Shown piece after piece: positions 59,101 to 64,000 of a DNA stretch of 64,000 nucleotides (positions are counted from its first letter, which is position 1; every line of letters starts with the position of its first letter). The notes under the pieces were generated by a model. It ran no database searches and was not told the DNA's origin. It saw only the letters and a program-made list of their open reading frames with translations. The translations under genes were made by a program, and so were the position numbers. The stretch is from positions 12,133 through 76,132 of the forward strand of contig NIVC01003805.1 of assembly GCA_002269645.1 (NCBI GenBank), written 5' to 3'. This DNA comes from Macrostomum lignano (Eukaryota).

Positions 59101-62100
59101 GCTAAAATGAGTATCTACGGCGCTAAAAGGAATGCCTGCGGCGCTAAAATGAGTATCTACGGCGCTAAAAGGAATGCCTGCGGCGCTAAAATGAGTATCT
59201 ACGGCGCTAAAAGGAATGCCTGCGGCGCTAAAATGAGTATCTACGGCGCTAAAAGGAATGCCTGCGGCGCTAAAATGAGTATCTACGGCGCTAAAAGGAA
59301 TGCCTGCGGCGCTAAAATGAGTATCTACGGCGCTAAAAGGAATGCCTGCGGCGCTAAAATGAGTATCTACGGCGCTAAAAGGAATGCCTGCGGCGCTAAA
59401 ATGAGTATCTACGGCGCTAAAAGGAATGCCTGCGGCGCTAAAATGAGTATCTACGGCGCTAAAAGGAATGCCTGCGGCGCTAAAATGAGTATCTACGGCG
59501 CTAAAAGGAATGCCTGCGGCGCTAAAATGAGTATCTACGGCGCTAAAAGGAATGCCTGCGGCGCTAAAATGAGTATCTACGGCGCTAAAAGGAATGCCTG
59601 CGGCGCTAAAATGAGTATCTACGGCGCTAAAAGGAATGCCTGCGGCGCTAAAATGAGTATCTACGGCGCTAAAAGGAATGCCTGCGGCGCTAAAATGAGT
59701 ATCTACGGCGCTAAAAGGAATGCCTGCGGCGCTAAAATGAGTATCTACGGCGCTAAAAGGAATGCCTGCGGCGCTAAAATGAGTATCTACGGCGCTAAAA
59801 GGAATGCCTGCGGCGCTAAAATGAGTATCTACGGCGCTAAAAGGAATGCCTGCGGCGCTAAAATGAGTATCTACGGCGCTAAAATGAGTATCTACGGCGC
59901 TAAAAGGAATGCCTGCGGCGCTAAAATGAGTATCTACGGCGCTAAAAGGAATGCCTGCGGCGCTAAAATGAGTATCTACGGCGCTAAAAGGAATGCCTGC
60001 GGCGCTAAAATGAGTATCTACGGCGCTAAAAGGAATGCCTGCGGCGCTAAAATGAGTATCTACGGCGCTAAAAGGAATGCCTGCGGCGCTAAAATGAGTA
60101 TCTACGGCGCTAAAAGGAATGCCTGCGGCGCTAAAATGAGTATCTACGGCGCTAAAAGGAATGCCTGCGGCGCTAAAATGAGTATCTACGGCGCTAAAAG
60201 GAATGCCTGCGGCGCTAAAATGAGTATCTACGGCGCTAAAAGGAATGCCTGCGGCGCTAAAATGAGTATCTACGGCGCTAAAAGGAATGCCTGCGGCGCT
60301 AAAATGAGTATCTACGGCGCTAAAAGGAATGCCTGCGGCGCTAAAATGAGTATCTACGGCGCTAAAAGGAATGCCTGCGGCGCTAAAATGAGTATCTACG
60401 GCGCTAAAAGGAATGCCTGCGGCGCTAAAATGAGTATCTACGGCGCTAAAAGGAATGCCTGCGGCGCTAAAATGAGTATCTACGGCGCTAAAAGGAATGC
60501 CTGCGGCGCTAAAATGAGTATCTACGGCGCTAAAAGGAATGCCTGCGGCGCTAAAATGAGTATCTACGGCGCTAAAAGGAATGCCTGCGGCGCTAAAATG
60601 AGTATCTACGGCGCTAAAAGGAATGCCTGCGGCGCTAAAATGAGTATCTACGGCGCTAAAAGGAATGCCTGCGGCGCTAAAATGAGTATCTACGGCGCTA
60701 AAAGGAATGCCTGCGGCGCTAAAATGAGTATCTACGGCGCTAAAAGGAATGCCTGCGGCGCTAAAATGAGTATCTACGGCGCTAAAAGGAATGCCTGCGG
60801 CGCTAAAATGAGTATCTACGGCGCTAAAAGGAATGCCTGCGGCGCTAAAATGAGTATCTACGGCGCTAAAAGGAATGCCTGCGGCGCTAAAATGAGTATC
60901 TACGGCGCTAAAAGGAATGCCTGCGGCGCTAAAATGAGTATCTACGGCGCTAAAAGGAATGCCTGCGGCGCTAAAATGAGTATCTACGGCGCTAAAAGGA
61001 ATGCCTGCGGCGCTAAAATGAGTATCTACGGCGCTAAAAGGAATGCCTGCGGCGCTAAAATGAGTATCTACGGCGCTAAAAGGAATGCCTGCGGCGCTAA
61101 AATGAGTATCTACGGCGCTAAAAGGAATGCCTGCGGCGCTAAAATGAGTATCTACGGCGCTAAAAGGAATGCCTGCGGCGCTAAAATGAGTATCTACGGC
61201 GCTAAAAGGAATGCCTGCGGCGCTAAAATGAGTATCTACGGCGCTAAAAGGAATGCCTGCGGCGCTAAAATGAGTATCTACGGCGCTAAAAGGAATGCCT
61301 GCGGCGCTAAAATGAGTATCTACGGCGCTAAAAGGAATGCCTGCGGCGCTAAAATGAGTATCTACGGCGCTAAAAGGAATGCCTGCGGCGCTAAAATGAG
61401 TATCTACGGCGCTAAAAGGAATGCCTGCGGCGCTAAAATGAGTATCTACGGCGCTAAAAGGAATGCCTGCGGCGCTAAAATGAGTATCTACGGCGCTAAA
61501 AGGAATGCCTGCGGCGCTAAAATGAGTATCTACGGCGCTAAAAGGAATGCCTGCGGCGCTAAAATGAGTATCTACGGCGCTAAAAGGAATGCCTGCGGCG
61601 CTAAAATGAGTATCTACGGCGCTAAAAGGAATGCCTGCGGCGCTAAAATGAGTATCTACGGCGCTAAAAGGAATGCCTGCGGCGCTAAAATGAGTATCTA
61701 CGGCGCTAAAATGAGTATCTACGGCGCTAAAAGGAATGCCTGCGGCGCTAAAATGAGTATCTACGGCGCTAAAAGGAATGCCTGCGGCGCTAAAATGAGT
61801 ATCTACGGCGCTAAAAGGAATGCCTGCGGCGCTAAAATGAGTATCTACGGCGCTAAAAGGAATGCCTGCGGCGCTAAAATGAGTATCTACGCGCTAAAAT
61901 GAGTATCTACGGCGCTAAAAGGAATGCCTGCGGCGCTAAAATGAGTATCTACGGCGCTAAAAGGAATGCCTGCGGCGCTAAAATGAGTATCTACGGCGCT
62001 AAAAGGAATGCCTGCGGCGCTAAAATGAGTATCTACGGCGCTAAAAGGAATGCCTGCGGCGCTAAAATGAGTATCTACGGCGCTAAAAGGAATGCCTGCG

Positions 62101-64000
62101 GCGCTAAAATGAGTATCTACGGCGCTAAAAGGAATGCCTGCGGCGCTAAAATGAGTATCTACGGCGCTAAAAGGAATGCCTGCGGCGCTAAAATGAGTAT
62201 CTACGGCGCTAAAAGGAATGCCTGCGGCGCTAAAATGAGTATCTACGGCCGCTAAAATGAGTATCTACGGCGCTAAAAGGAATGCCTGCGGCGCTAAAAT
62301 GAGTATCTACGGCGCTAAAAGGAATGCCTGCGGCGCTAAAATGAGTATCTACGGCGCTAAAAGGAATGCCTGCGGCGCTAAAATGAGTATCTACGGCGCT
62401 AAAAGGAATGCCTGCGGCGCTAAAATGAGTATCTACGGCGCTAAAAGGAATGCCTGCGGCGCTAAAATGAGTATCTACGGCGCTAAAAGGAATGCCTGCG
62501 GCGCTAAAATGAGTATCTACGGCGCTAAAATGAGTATCTACGGCGCTAAAAGGAATGCCTGCGGCGCTAAAATGAGTATCTACGGCGCTAAAAGGAATGC
62601 CTGCGGCGCTAAAATGAGTATCTACGGCGCTAAAAGGAATGCCTGCGGCGCTAAAATGAGTATCTACGGCGCTAAAAGGAATGCCTGCGGCGCTAAAATG
62701 AGTATCTACGGCGCTAAAAGGAATGCCTGCGGCGCTAAAATGAGTATCTACGGCGCTAAAAGGAATGCCTGCGGCGCTAAAATGAGTATCTACGGCGCTA
62801 AAAGGAATGCCTGCGGCGCTAAAATGAGTATCTACGGCGCTAAAAGGAATGCCTGCGGCGCTAAAATGAGTATCTACGGCGCTAAAATGAGTATCTACGG
62901 CGCTAAAAGGAATGCCTGCGGCGCTAAAATGAGTATCTACGGCGCTAAAAGGAATGCCTGCGGCGCTAAAATGAGTATCTACGGCGCTAAAAGGAATGCC
63001 TGCGGCGCTAAAATGAGTATCTACGGCGCTAAAAGGAATGCCTGCGGCGCTAAAATGAGTATCTACGGCGCTAAAAGGAATGCCTGCGGCGCTAAAATGA
63101 GTATCTACGGCGCTAAAAGGAATGCCTGCGGCGCTAAAATGAGTATCTACGGCGCTAAAAGGAATGCCTGCGGCGCTAAAATGAGTATCTACGGCGCTAA
63201 AAGGAATGCCTGCGGCGCTAAAATGAGTATCTACGGCGCTAAAAGGAATGCCTGCGGCGCTAAAATGAGTATCTACGGCGCTAAAAGGAATGCCTGCGGC
63301 GCTAAAATGAGTATCTACGGCGCTAAAAGGAATGCCTGCGGCGCTAAAATGAGTATCTACGGCGCTAAAAGGAATGCCTGCGGCGCTAAAATGAGTATCT
63401 ACGGCGCTAAAAGGAATGCCTGCGGCGCTAAAATGAGTATCTACGGCGCTAAAAGGAATGCCTGCGGCGCTAAAATGAGTATCTACGGCGCTAAAAGGAA
63501 TGCCTGCGGCGCTAAAATGAGTATCTACGGCGCTAAAAGGAATGCCTGCGCGCGCTAAAATGAGTATCTACGGCGCTAAAAGGAATGCCTGCGGCGCTAA
63601 AATGAGTATCTACGGCGCTAAAAGGAATGCCTGCGGCGCTAAAATGAGTATCTACGGCGCTAAAAGGAATGCCTGCGGCGCTAAAATGAGTATCTACGGC
63701 GCTAAAAGGAATGCCTGCGGCGCTAAAATGAGTATCTACGGCGCTAAAAGGAATGCCTGCGGCGCTAAAATGAGTATCTACGGCGCTAAAAGGAATGCCT
63801 GCGGCGCTAAAATGAGTATCTACGGCGCTAAAAGAATGCCTGCGGCGCTAAAATGAGTATCTACGGCGCTAAAAGGAATGCCTGCGGCGCTAAAATGAGT
63901 ATCTACGGCGCTAAAAGGAATGCCTGCGGCGCTAAAATGAGTATCTACGGCGCTAAAAGGAATGCCTGCGGCGCTAAAATGAGTATCTACGGCGCTAAAA
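53127..64000. repeat. Satellite DNA, 42-bp dimer GGCGCTAAAATGAGTATCTAC + GGCGCTAAAAGGAATGCCTGC, about 260 units, runs off the window
   Basis: Directly visible; very homogeneous with occasional monomer duplications and 1-bp indels. Confidence 0.98.

Noticed and set aside
53136-63856. Long ORFs of repeating MSIYGAKRNACGAK
   Set aside because: Artefact of a 42-bp stop-free satellite unit; 1-bp indels break frames at random.
53127-64000. CRISPR-like alternation of GGCGCTAAAA with 11-nt segments
   Set aside because: Only two invariant inter-repeat sequences, no unique spacers, no cas genes, eukaryotic context.

Overview
Eukaryotic (metazoan, probably invertebrate) genomic DNA in three parts. (1) About 1-45,000 is a dense nest of decayed mobile elements. 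It contains fragments of at least two Polinton/Maverick (adintovirus-like) elements: integrase, basic core protein, major capsid and protease on +; penton, ATPase, dUTPase, protein-primed PolB, deoxynucleoside kinase and a TBP-like gene on -. It also contains spliced accessory genes present as an inverted duplication, nine co-oriented pieces of one TG..CA LTR superfamily with a covarying hairpin-rich R/U5, several Ty3/Gypsy gag and integrase remnants, a SOCS-box-like gene in two paralogous copies, and CAAGGAC-ended MITEs with 8-bp TSDs. The most striking element is a Gypsy-type polyprotein in which a herpes-gB-like (class III) fusion glycoprotein lies upstream of, and in frame with, protease, followed by RT-RNaseH-integrase. 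(2) 47,280-51,780 is an intact 5-exon host gene, CFAP53/CCDC11 (516 aa, - strand), with minisatellite-filled introns. (3) 53,127-64,000 is a homogeneous 42-bp (2 x 21 bp) satellite that appears to grow out of a GC-rich transposon-like end. All family assignments are from motif recognition by eye; no database searches were run.
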